Of a DNA stretch of 64,000 nt, positions 37,400-45,957 are shown piece after piece; the stretch's first letter is position 1; each line of letters begins with the position of its first letter. The notes beneath the pieces were generated by a model. It did not search any database and had not been told where the DNA came from. It saw only the letters and a list, made by a program, of their open reading frames with translations. The position numbers and the translations under genes are program-made. The DNA is from Nitrospinaceae bacterium (lineage in GTDB: Bacteria; Nitrospinota; Nitrospinia; Nitrospinales; Nitrospinaceae): contig OZ250172.1 of the NCBI GenBank assembly GCA_965237905.1, positions 2,912,001-2,976,000 on the forward strand. The letters run 5' to 3'.

Positions 37400-38565
37400 C
37401 AGTTACTTGGACTCCAGGATCGGAGTCCGGCTTTGATGCGACTCAAAGCGCCTTGTTCCACGGCTTCATTCAAGCTGACCAACCCGTAAAAGAGAGATAA
37501 GGCCATATAACCCAAAATATATCTCCGGTGAGGCATGACCAGAATTCCGGGTGCAGTGGAAAAAAGAATAGCGATCAAAAATGCAGATTCCAAGGCCCAT
37601 TTTTTAGGGTAATAATAAGCGGCGATCAATCCCAAATTGGTCGAATATATAAGGTAAAACAGCATGACTCCTATTTTGGCGAAGACAGTTTTAAGAACGA
37701 AATTCTTATGAGACTGAATTAACCGGAAAACCTCCTCTTTTAGGATTTCTACATATTCCTTCGAATACATTTTGGTATCCGGAGAGATGGACCGGACTTT
37801 GTCGAAGGCAACCGAATCTTTGTATTCGATTCCCAGGGGATTGTTTAAATAACCGAAACCTATATAAATACTATGCCAGAGTAAATACCTTTGCTTCGCG
37901 GGTTGATAAGTTTCCGACTGTTGCGTCAGATAGTCATCTCGTTGTCCTGATAAATACGAATAGCATATGATGGGAACCAGCAATCCCAGGACAATGGCCG
38001 CTACAAGTTTAAGTTTTTCTTTCAAGGGATATTGAATGAGAAAAGCGATCGCAACGCCCATAAAAAGGACGAGGCCCGTCGCTCCATGCACCCGAATGGA
38101 ATGAGAGAACCCGATCGCCACTCCAGACAAAAAACCGATTCCTAGAAAAAAGGGGGTCCATTGTTTTTTATTGGAAAAATACAGGAACCAGGGAAGAACC
38201 GCCGCCACCGTTGCAGGGGGAACGCTGTAAACGGCTCCGCTATTGATGGAAATAATTCCCAGCCAGGCAAGACCCAGTAAAGTCAAGCTCCGGGTTACCC
38301 AGGAGCGAAACAATAGACACGCCCCTGCAAAACTCAGAACAAGTGAAAAGCCAATAACCCCGTAGTAAAAACAGGAAGCCGCTTGTTGCGCGTTCAGGTC
38401 TAATAAGCGAGCCACTAGCGGTATGAAATAGTACACTCCGATTTCATCAGTGACTCCCACCGGATTTAAACTTTTTCCGTTAAAATAGATTAAGGCCACG
38501 CCGGTTTGCTCGTATCCCTGAATGGTCTGATCGATTCTTTCCAATCGTGCGGGCATTAATTCCAT
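37399..38565 (-). CDS. Polytopic membrane protein (polysaccharide cluster)
   Basis: 388 aa, multiple TM helices, TDEIG near the N-terminus; stop abuts the asnB start. Confidence 0.7.
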   Translation of the reverse strand: MELMPARLERIDQTIQGYEQTGVALIYFNGKSLNPVGVTDEIGVYYFIPLVARLLDLNAQQAASCFYYGVIGFSLVLSFAGACLLFRSWVTRSLTLLGLAWLGIISINSGAVYSVPPATVAAVLPWFLYFSNKKQWTPFFLGIGFLSGVAIGFSHSIRVHGATGLVLFMGVAIAFLIQYPLKEKLKLVAAIVLGLLVPIICYSYLSGQRDDYLTQQSETYQPAKQRYLLWHSIYIGFGYLNNPLGIEYKDSVAFDKVRSISPDTKMYSKEYVEILKEEVFRLIQSHKNFVLKTVFAKIGVMLFYLIYSTNLGLIAAYYYPKKWALESAFLIAILFSTAPGILVMPHRRYILGYMALSLFYGLVSLNEAVEQGALSRIKAGLRSWSPSN

Positions 38566-38715
38566 AACGTATTCTCATTGTTGGAAATAACTGCAATATT
38601 CATTGGTATCGGGTGGCAATGGAAAATTAGAGAAGGTCGAAAAAATATTTATATTTGGAATTGGGAATTGTCGGAACTCTTTGGTCGTTTGGAAGAATTG
38701 CCGTCAAGTAGAAAA

Positions 38716-40863
38716 TCAAACCTCTTTGGATTGAATCAATTCCTCAACCTGCAGGGCGATTTCTGTCGCCTGCAGTTGTTGCCATAGTGGAATGGGCCAT
38801 TCACCGCCTTTTTCCAGAGTCTCGGCGAATGCTTCCAGTTCACGCTTGTGCCCCTTGTCTGTCAACTTGCTCGTTACTCCCTTGGCATTTGCGCCATGAA
38901 TCCGAAGTTGTTTGTAGTCATCCAACATGAGTACTTTGCCATCCGAAAAAATTTCCATTTGCTCTTTGGGAAACTCGGCAGAACCCAACGCCGTGTAAGT
39001 CAAAGTGGCGACCGAGCCATCTTCAAATCCCAATGTGGCCGTAAAGTTATCGCGGGAGGAGTAATGATCTGTTTTCGGAACCAGTGATCGGGATTGCACG
39101 GAAACCACCTTGCTTTCGGTAAAAAACGTGAACAGGTCGTAAATGTGACAGGCTTCGCCCAAATTGCGCCCTCCGCCTTCTTCCGTGTGGACCCAATGGC
39201 CGAGAGGAATATATCCGGCGTTCATCCGGTAGTTGATGATCATGGGGTTTGTTCGATTTCCAATCAGCTCTTTGGCGCGTTGGGCAAAAGGAGAAAACCG
39301 GCGATTAAAACCGGTCAACAAAACAGGAGCCTGCTGATGGGTTTCATAAAAACGTCGAATCGTTTCCAGTTCATTACGGGTAAGCGCCAGGGGTTTTTCG
39401 ACCAGAACATGTTTGCCGGCCTGTAGCGCTTCGAGTGCCATGGAGGCATGTTGATTGTGGCGTGTGCCAATTAGAACGGCATCCACTTTGGGGTCATTTA
39501 AAATTTCCTGGTAATCCGTAGTGCAGTATTGTGCTCCTACTTGTTTGGCCGTATTTGAAGCGTTGCTCCCCGTGTGGCTGGATACCGCATGAATTTGATA
39601 GCGCCGGTTCAGGGCCTGAAGGTTGGGGATGTGCATTCCTTTGACAAATCCCCCCGCGCCTGCCAGTGCGATATTAATTTTGTCCGATCCCGATGCCAGT
39701 GCCGCAGGATTGGGAATGACCCGGTTGGGTTTTGCGTCTTCCTTGGATTCAGGATAGGAAAGCAGGACGATCATCGGTTTTTCTTTATCCTTTTTTAGGG
39801 TTTCATAGGCGGTTGCGGCCTGCGAAATCTCAAAAGAGGAATGAATCAACGGTTCGACATCTATTTTCCCTTCAGAGATCAAATTCAGATATTCTCCCAT
39901 ATTTCGGTTTTCAGTCCACCGCACGTAACCGATGGGATAATCCAATCCCTTTTCTTCATATTGAGGGTCATAGCGTCCGGGTCCGTACGAGGTGGAAATG
40001 AAAAAATCCAATTCCTTCGGAAAAATATCCTCGCGTTTGAGGTTAAGTCCAACATCCCCGACCAGAACCACGCGGCCTTTTTTGCGGCACATCTTGAAGG
40101 CATTTGAAATCACTTCATCGGAAGGAGAAGCGGCGGTAATAATAACTCCATCAACACCATCTCCATCGGTGAGGCGCAGGGTATGCTCGAGGTGGTTGTT
40201 TTCTTCAGGAGGAAGGGGAATATCCATTCCAAGGCTTTTGGCGAGCTCTATCCGGGAAGAATCCAGATCCGCCCCAATGACACGGCATCCATTGGCTCTT
40301 AACATTTGTGCCGTCAGCTGACCCATGATTCCCAACCCAATCACCGCGAAGGTTTCTCCCAGAGTCGGTTGTGCACGCCGTACCCCTTGCAAGGCAATGG
40401 CTCCCAGAGTCACCGTGCTGGCTACCGGAAGGCTGAGGTCCTTGGGTAAAGGAACGGCCAGATTTCGGGGAACACGGATGATCTCGGCGTGGTGGGCGCA
40501 TTGGGCACCCGCGCAAGCCACGCGATCCCCGGGTTGGATATTCTCGACCCCGTCTCCAACCTCAAGGACTATGCCGGATGCGGAATATCCCGTAGGACTT
40601 CCTTCAGCCAGTTTTCCCTGAATGACATTGCGGGTATGAGTTAAACCACGGGTGGCCGCCATCTCTATGGTGGATTTGACCGCTTTGGGATTTTTCAAGG
40701 CCCGTTTCCATAAAGGCTGGGAAGCGGATTTCAGGCCGCTCATTTCCGTGCCCGCTGAAATACTGGAGAACTTAACCCGGACCAGAAGGGTTCCGGGTTC
40801 CACCTGCGGAGCGGGAATGTCTTCCACTACGACCTGTCCTTGTTTTATCAGGACCTGTTTCAC
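38716..40863 (-). CDS. Bi-domain oxidoreductase (MDR-type dehydrogenase + Gfo/Idh/MocA)
   Basis: ISAGTE, GYSASG, GLGIMG and SYGPGRYD, followed by GAGGF, EKP, GFNRRFSP and GEACH. Confidence 0.92.
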   Translation of the reverse strand: MKQVLIKQGQVVVEDIPAPQVEPGTLLVRVKFSSISAGTEMSGLKSASQPLWKRALKNPKAVKSTIEMAATRGLTHTRNVIQGKLAEGSPTGYSASGIVLEVGDGVENIQPGDRVACAGAQCAHHAEIIRVPRNLAVPLPKDLSLPVASTVTLGAIALQGVRRAQPTLGETFAVIGLGIMGQLTAQMLRANGCRVIGADLDSSRIELAKSLGMDIPLPPEENNHLEHTLRLTDGDGVDGVIITAASPSDEVISNAFKMCRKKGRVVLVGDVGLNLKREDIFPKELDFFISTSYGPGRYDPQYEEKGLDYPIGYVRWTENRNMGEYLNLISEGKIDVEPLIHSSFEISQAATAYETLKKDKEKPMIVLLSYPESKEDAKPNRVIPNPAALASGSDKINIALAGAGGFVKGMHIPNLQALNRRYQIHAVSSHTGSNASNTAKQVGAQYCTTDYQEILNDPKVDAVLIGTRHNQHASMALEALQAGKHVLVEKPLALTRNELETIRRFYETHQQAPVLLTGFNRRFSPFAQRAKELIGNRTNPMIINYRMNAGYIPLGHWVHTEEGGGRNLGEACHIYDLFTFFTESKVVSVQSRSLVPKTDHYSSRDNFTATLGFEDGSVATLTYTALGSAEFPKEQMEIFSDGKVLMLDDYKQLRIHGANAKGVTSKLTDKGHKRELEAFAETLEKGGEWPIPLWQQLQATEIALQVEELIQSKEV

Positions 40864-40911
40864 GTCAATTTTTGGGTAGGGGTAAAAAAAACTCTAATTT
40901 ATCAAAGTGCA

Positions 40912-41898
40912 TTATTGGCCCCATCCGGAGGAAAGTTTGATTTGTTGGGACACATAAATACTGTCATCTTTCTTGACCAAACGAATATTCGTGTTTGTCA
41001 AAGAACCGATGACTTGTTGAATATTTTTTGATGGCTTGCTTTGGGGATCCTTGATTAAAAAAGGTTTCATCTCATCGATCGAATCCCGCACGTCATCGCT
41101 TTCGATCAGATAACCCAGAAACTTGACGTCGACATCCAGATATTTTTTGGCCAACTTCAACAGGTTCTCGCCCATCAGAATATCTTTTTGCCTCCGTACT
41201 CGATTGATCACCAGCCCCGGTCGGAATTCCCGGATAATCTCGTTGACCCGTTCCAATTTTTGCGGGTGCATTTCCTCCACTGTTTTTCGGAGGGCGTCAA
41301 TTTCAAAACAATCCTCCGCCATGCCCGGATTTTTGGAAAGGTCGATCAGGTGTTGAAGATCCGAACTACTTTTGAATTCCTGGCTGATTCTTCGAAACAA
41401 GGCGGCCTTGATAAAACTGAAAGACTTCATAATTGAAGTCATCTCCGGGGTAGACACCACGACATTTTCCCCGCCGATGTTGAAGTAATCAATGATATGG
41501 AAATTAGTGCCGGGACCCAGGTCCATTAAAATATGATCGGCATCGAGGCTTCTGATATAGGAGATAACTTTATTTTGGTTTTTGACATTGATGTCAGCAC
41601 TTCCCGGCATATCCCCGGCGCCACTCAAAAATTTCAGGTTGGTGATACCTGTATCGAGTAGCAACGCCTCTTCTCCGTTGGAGCCCAGGCGGCTGGGGTC
41701 AAAGTATTCTCGGAAGCCGTACTTGGGTGAACTGATTCCCAAAAGAGCGTGCAAGCTGGAAGCGCCGAAATCGGCATCTACGAGAATAACGCGTTGGCCG
41801 GTCAAGGCAAGGGTGACGGCCATATTGGCGCAGATCACGCTTTTACCAACGCCGCCTTTTCCTCCGCCTATCGCGATTATTTTGTTTTTAAAACTCAT
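40912..41898 (-). CDS. MinD/FlhG-family ATPase
   Basis: Deviant Walker A GKGGVGKS, VDADFG, DLGPG and TPE. Confidence 0.9.
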   Translation of the reverse strand: MSFKNKIIAIGGGKGGVGKSVICANMAVTLALTGQRVILVDADFGASSLHALLGISSPKYGFREYFDPSRLGSNGEEALLLDTGITNLKFLSGAGDMPGSADINVKNQNKVISYIRSLDADHILMDLGPGTNFHIIDYFNIGGENVVVSTPEMTSIMKSFSFIKAALFRRISQEFKSSSDLQHLIDLSKNPGMAEDCFEIDALRKTVEEMHPQKLERVNEIIREFRPGLVINRVRRQKDILMGENLLKLAKKYLDVDVKFLGYLIESDDVRDSIDEMKPFLIKDPQSKPSKNIQQVIGSLTNTNIRLVKKDDSIYVSQQIKLSSGWGQ

Positions 41899-43301
41899 TT
41901 TCTGTTTTTTCTCTGAGTGGATGTAAATAAAAACGAATCGAGTTCATCCAGGGAAACTTCTTTTTTATCTGATGATTCATTAACTGGACGCGAATCTTGA
42001 ATTCGATCTTTTCGCATCTTTCCGTTAACCGGGTTTTCTCTTGGCATCAGCTCGCCGGGTATTGATACCAATTGATTTTCCAGATCGACCTGTAAAGCAT
42101 TCAGCCGGGCAATCACCACATCCACCATATCGGCCGGCAACTTTTTGTGGGAAACTGGATTTACCGTTTCCAATTCCTCCTGATCGAGGTATTTGAGGTC
42201 GAGGAGAAACGGTTTGGGTTTCGCCTTTTCAGGAGAAGTTTTTATACCCTCTCGCTGAGGTGGAACCGCTGTTACTTCCGCCTCGGTTTTCTGAGTTTTC
42301 CCGACCTTGGAAGAGGGCGCTTTTGCTTTCTGCTTCCCAGCCTCTTTTTTAGCTATATTCTTATGAGAAACTACTGGAGCTTTTATTTCAACTGATTTTG
42401 GCTTGGATTCCGAAACTTCTATCTCCAATCCCGGAGAATCCGCTTTGATTTTTACTGGTTTTTGCGGTTTGGAGTCCCTTTTCTCTTCGGATTTAGGGGC
42501 AATGTTCTTTACTTTCATACCCGGTTTTTCTTTTTGGGAAGGTTTTGGGGATTTCTTAGCCTCTGATTGATGCCTCGCCTTGGGGGAAGCTTTAAAGGTC
42601 GGGATACTTTCAGATTGCTCCAACGCTGGAAGAGGTTCGATGATTAACCCCGGTATTTCGGCTTCGACCCAATTGTCATCGGATTCTTCGTTCTCGCTGA
42701 TGGGAAGTTTACGGGAATCTTCATCCACCTTGGTCTTCTGGTACTTGGCCGGGGCTTTACTCTTTTTTCCTTTTAGAGGTTCAGAGGGAGCCTTTTTTGA
42801 GAGTACCCTGTTTTCGCCAGGCGAAATGGAAAACTCCTGCTTAATCAATTTGACTTTTTTCTTGGGGTCCGGAGGAGGCTCCTTTGCCTTGCTATGGGAA
42901 ATAGACACCCCTTCTTTAACAATTTTTACCGGTTTCTCTTTTTCTTCGTTTTCTTCTTCTGCAGGAAACGGTGGGATACCCCCATCTCCCAGCGTCTTGG
43001 GGGGAGTGGGCAAATCCTCCATGAGGTAGGCCACGGACCTGTCTTTAGGAGAGGTGGGTTTTTCGTACAGGGTCTCTTTCTTTTCGGATTCCCCGTCATG
43101 GGCAGCTTTAAACTCTTCCTCTTCAAATCGCCCTACGGCTCTATCCAACGCGGTACTTTCTTTTTGGAGAAGGATGTAGCGAAGGGCACGGGGAAGAACG
43201 GCCAGGAATAGGAGTACAGACAGTAATAATAAAGTATTCCCAAAAAGCAGATGGGTGGTGTCCACTTGCTCGAGGGCGGTTTGGGGAGTCGAATATTCCA
43301 T
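41895..43301 (-). CDS. Single-pass membrane protein with long Lys/Glu/Pro-rich disordered region
   Basis: One TM (LLLLSVLLFLAVL), low-complexity body and helical C-terminus. Stop overlaps the ATPase start by 4 nt. Confidence 0.75.
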   Translation of the reverse strand: MEYSTPQTALEQVDTTHLLFGNTLLLLSVLLFLAVLPRALRYILLQKESTALDRAVGRFEEEEFKAAHDGESEKKETLYEKPTSPKDRSVAYLMEDLPTPPKTLGDGGIPPFPAEEENEEKEKPVKIVKEGVSISHSKAKEPPPDPKKKVKLIKQEFSISPGENRVLSKKAPSEPLKGKKSKAPAKYQKTKVDEDSRKLPISENEESDDNWVEAEIPGLIIEPLPALEQSESIPTFKASPKARHQSEAKKSPKPSQKEKPGMKVKNIAPKSEEKRDSKPQKPVKIKADSPGLEIEVSESKPKSVEIKAPVVSHKNIAKKEAGKQKAKAPSSKVGKTQKTEAEVTAVPPQREGIKTSPEKAKPKPFLLDLKYLDQEELETVNPVSHKKLPADMVDVVIARLNALQVDLENQLVSIPGELMPRENPVNGKMRKDRIQDSRPVNESSDKKEVSLDELDSFLFTSTQRKNRK

Positions 43302-43765
43302 AATGAAAAAAGTTACTGGACCCTTAAAAAGGCCCGGCTGGTTCCGGCGGAAAAATCCTGCCCCTGTAGGACGTAAGTGACCCAACAGGCTGAGTAAGTA
43401 AATTGGTGTCAGAAACGAAAAAGTTCGATAATAAAAGCACTACAACTCTTTGATTATATTAACATACTCTGTAAAAGAACGAAGAAATATTAGCCGGAGT
43501 GAACTTTGAAGCAGGTACGAACGGGCGGGCAAAGTGATTTTGAAGCCCCGCAGGTCAACCCAGGGCAGAGGGATTCAAGATATGCGTCCTGGCTCAGGGA
43601 TACGACACTTGAGGTGTTCAGCCATATTGCGTTATGAAAAAACATGAAATTACGATAAAATTTCAAGTGAGGAAATAAGAAAGTTTTAACGGGTATTTCA
43701 GCTCGCCTTTCCCGTTCCTTCCTTTTGGTCCTGATTATTATTTCAATGGATAAGAGGTTCTTTTG

Positions 43766-44422
43766 ATGGGGTCGCTATTATTGATCGCTGTAATTCTGAT
43801 TTCCCTGACCGTGCACGAGTATTCGCATGGCAGGGTGGCTTATATGCTGGGGGATGATACCGCTAAAAATCAGGGGCGGTTGACCTTCAATCCCCTGAAA
43901 CATTTGGATCCGGTAGGGACGCTCTTCTTTTACTTCATGCACTTCGGGTGGGCCAAGCCGGTTCCGGTGGACCCAAGAAACTTAAAGGATCCTCACCGGG
44001 ACATGTTATATATTGCGGCGGCCGGCCCGGCTTCCAACCTGGTTTTGGCTTTATTGGCCGGATTCTTTTTAAGGTTTATGGGACCGTTGGAGCAGATGGA
44101 GCTGATGACGCAGTATATTTTTGGTTTTTTGTCTATAGCTGTCTATTGTAATGCGGCTCTGGCAATTTTTAATATGCTTCCGATATTTCCTCTGGACGGA
44201 GCGAGTGTATTGAAGGGATTAATGCCGCGCGAGATGGCCTTCAAGCTCAGTCAACTGGATAAATATTTTGGAATAATTTTGCTGGTGGTATTTTTGACAG
44301 ATTATTTTGCCAAAACACGGATTTTAAGTAGTATTATCGGTGTCCCTATTGGTTATATGGTAAAGTTTTTTACTCAGGAAGCCTTCCCGTCAGTTGTTGC
44401 AGCTATAAATCATTTTCTTTGA
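43766..44422 (+). CDS. Site-2 protease (peptidase M50)
   Basis: HEYSH, AAAGPASN and FNMLPIFPLDG. Confidence 0.93.
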   Translation: MGSLLLIAVILISLTVHEYSHGRVAYMLGDDTAKNQGRLTFNPLKHLDPVGTLFFYFMHFGWAKPVPVDPRNLKDPHRDMLYIAAAGPASNLVLALLAGFFLRFMGPLEQMELMTQYIFGFLSIAVYCNAALAIFNMLPIFPLDGASVLKGLMPREMAFKLSQLDKYFGIILLVVFLTDYFAKTRILSSIIGVPIGYMVKFFTQEAFPSVVAAINHFL

Positions 44423-44436
44423 ACCAAACCAAAACC

Positions 44437-45423
44437 ATGGCCAAAAAGAGAATTTTGAGCGGAATGCAACCTTCCGGCCTGCTTCATTTGGGGAACTATT
44501 ACGGGGCGCTGAAGAACTGGATCGAGTTGCAGGAGCAATTCGAATGCTTTTATTTTGTGGCCGACTGGCATTCGCTGACCACCCTGTACGAGGATCCCAG
44601 CCATATCAAACAATACACCTTCGAAGTGGCGGTGGACTGGTTGAGCGCCGGACTGGATCCCGAAAAAAGCACCCTGTTTGTCCAGTCCCGGATTCCGGAG
44701 CATGCCGAACTGCATCTGATTTTATCCATGGTCGTGCCCGTTCCCTGGCTGGAACGCAATCCCACCTACAAGGAAAAGCAGGCGGAGGTGAAGAGCGTCG
44801 ACATGAGCTCTTACGGGTTTCTGGGGTATCCGGTTCTGCAGACGGCGGATATCGTGCTGTATGATGCCGATTATGTGCCGGTGGGGATCGATCAGGCGCC
44901 GCATCTGGAAATATCGCGGGAAATTGTGCGGCGCTTTAATGGGCTTTATAAGAAAAAAGTGTTCAAGGAACCGCAGGCCAAGATTTCCGAAATTCCCAAG
45001 CTGAACGGAATCGATGGCCGAAAGATGAGCAAAAGTTACAACAATGCAATTTATCTGTCCGATAGTGAAAAGGACATCACCAAAAAGGTGAAGTCCATGC
45101 TGACCGACCCGGCACGGGGACTGCGCACGGATCCCGGCGACCCGGATGTCTGCAATCTGTTTCCGTTTCATAAGCTGTACTCTCCTCCCGAGATGCAGAA
45201 GGAAATCGACCGCGATTGCCGGACCGCCGCCATCGGGTGCGGGGACTGTAAATTGAAATTGGTCGATACCATGCTCGAAGGAATGAGGCCCCACATGGAA
45301 CGGCGGAGAGAAATAGCCGCCAAACCCAAAGCGGTGGAGGAAATTCTGGAAGAGGGCACGCGCAAAGCTCAAAAGGTGGCCAAAGCCACCATGGATCGCG
45401 CCAAACAAGCCATGAAATTTTAA
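44437..45423 (+). CDS. trpS: Tryptophan--tRNA ligase
   Basis: SGMQPSG.LHLGNY, YPVLQTAD, VPVGIDQ and KMSKS. Confidence 0.97.
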   Translation: MAKKRILSGMQPSGLLHLGNYYGALKNWIELQEQFECFYFVADWHSLTTLYEDPSHIKQYTFEVAVDWLSAGLDPEKSTLFVQSRIPEHAELHLILSMVVPVPWLERNPTYKEKQAEVKSVDMSSYGFLGYPVLQTADIVLYDADYVPVGIDQAPHLEISREIVRRFNGLYKKKVFKEPQAKISEIPKLNGIDGRKMSKSYNNAIYLSDSEKDITKKVKSMLTDPARGLRTDPGDPDVCNLFPFHKLYSPPEMQKEIDRDCRTAAIGCGDCKLKLVDTMLEGMRPHMERRREIAAKPKAVEEILEEGTRKAQKVAKATMDRAKQAMKF

Positions 45424-45433
45424 CTGTATATGG

Positions 45434-45865
45434 ATGAAGAAGCTATTTCCCAAAAAGGCCAAAGCTTTTAGAAGGCGAGCCACTGACGCTGAAAGGAAAT
45501 TGTGGGCTGTTCTTCGAAATCGAAGTTTTGAAGGTTTAAAATTTCGACGTCAGCACCCCATTGGTAAATACATAGTTGATTTTATTTGTTTGGAAAAAAG
45601 TTTGATTATTGAAGTGGATGGCGGCGGCCACGCGGATCAAAAAGAAAAGGATGCGGAGCGAACTCGAAGGTTGGAGTCTCAGGGATATAGAGTGATTCGA
45701 TTTCGGAATGATGAGGTTTTAAAGGAACCCGATGCTGTTCTGAAATACATTGTTCACACTATATTGAAGAGAATTATTGATTCCCCTCACCCTGCCCTCT
45801 CCCCAGAGGGGAGAGGGGGCATTGTCGGGAAGCCAAGCCGTGTGTCGTATTTAAATTCAGTTTGA
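45434..45865 (+). CDS. DUF559 (Vsr-like) endonuclease-domain protein
   Basis: TDAERKLW, KFRRQHPIGKYIVDF, IEVDGGGH, D.ER and GYRVIRF.N. Confidence 0.9.
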   Translation: MKKLFPKKAKAFRRRATDAERKLWAVLRNRSFEGLKFRRQHPIGKYIVDFICLEKSLIIEVDGGGHADQKEKDAERTRRLESQGYRVIRFRNDEVLKEPDAVLKYIVHTILKRIIDSPHPALSPEGRGGIVGKPSRVSYLNSV

Positions 45866-45910
45866 CCGCTGTTTAGCCTTCTCCCCGTGGGAGAAGGTTG
45901 GATGAGGGGG
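45783..45910. repeat. Inverted pair of GC-rich imperfect palindromes (REP-doublet-like)
   Basis: CCCCTCACCCTGCCCTCTCCCCAGAGGGGAGAGG at 45783 matches the reverse complement of 45877-45909, CCCCTCATCCAACCTTCTCCCACGGGGAGAAGG. Confidence 0.85.
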
Positions 45911-45957
45911 CGTAAAAATTATTTTATAAATAAGTTTAAAGGCTTATGTATAACTAT

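Noticed and set aside
38566..38715. Possible eroded 5' end of the 37399-38565 membrane gene (in-frame TGA four codons upstream of the ATG)
   Set aside because: No single correction yields a convincing extension, and it cannot be supported without homologues.
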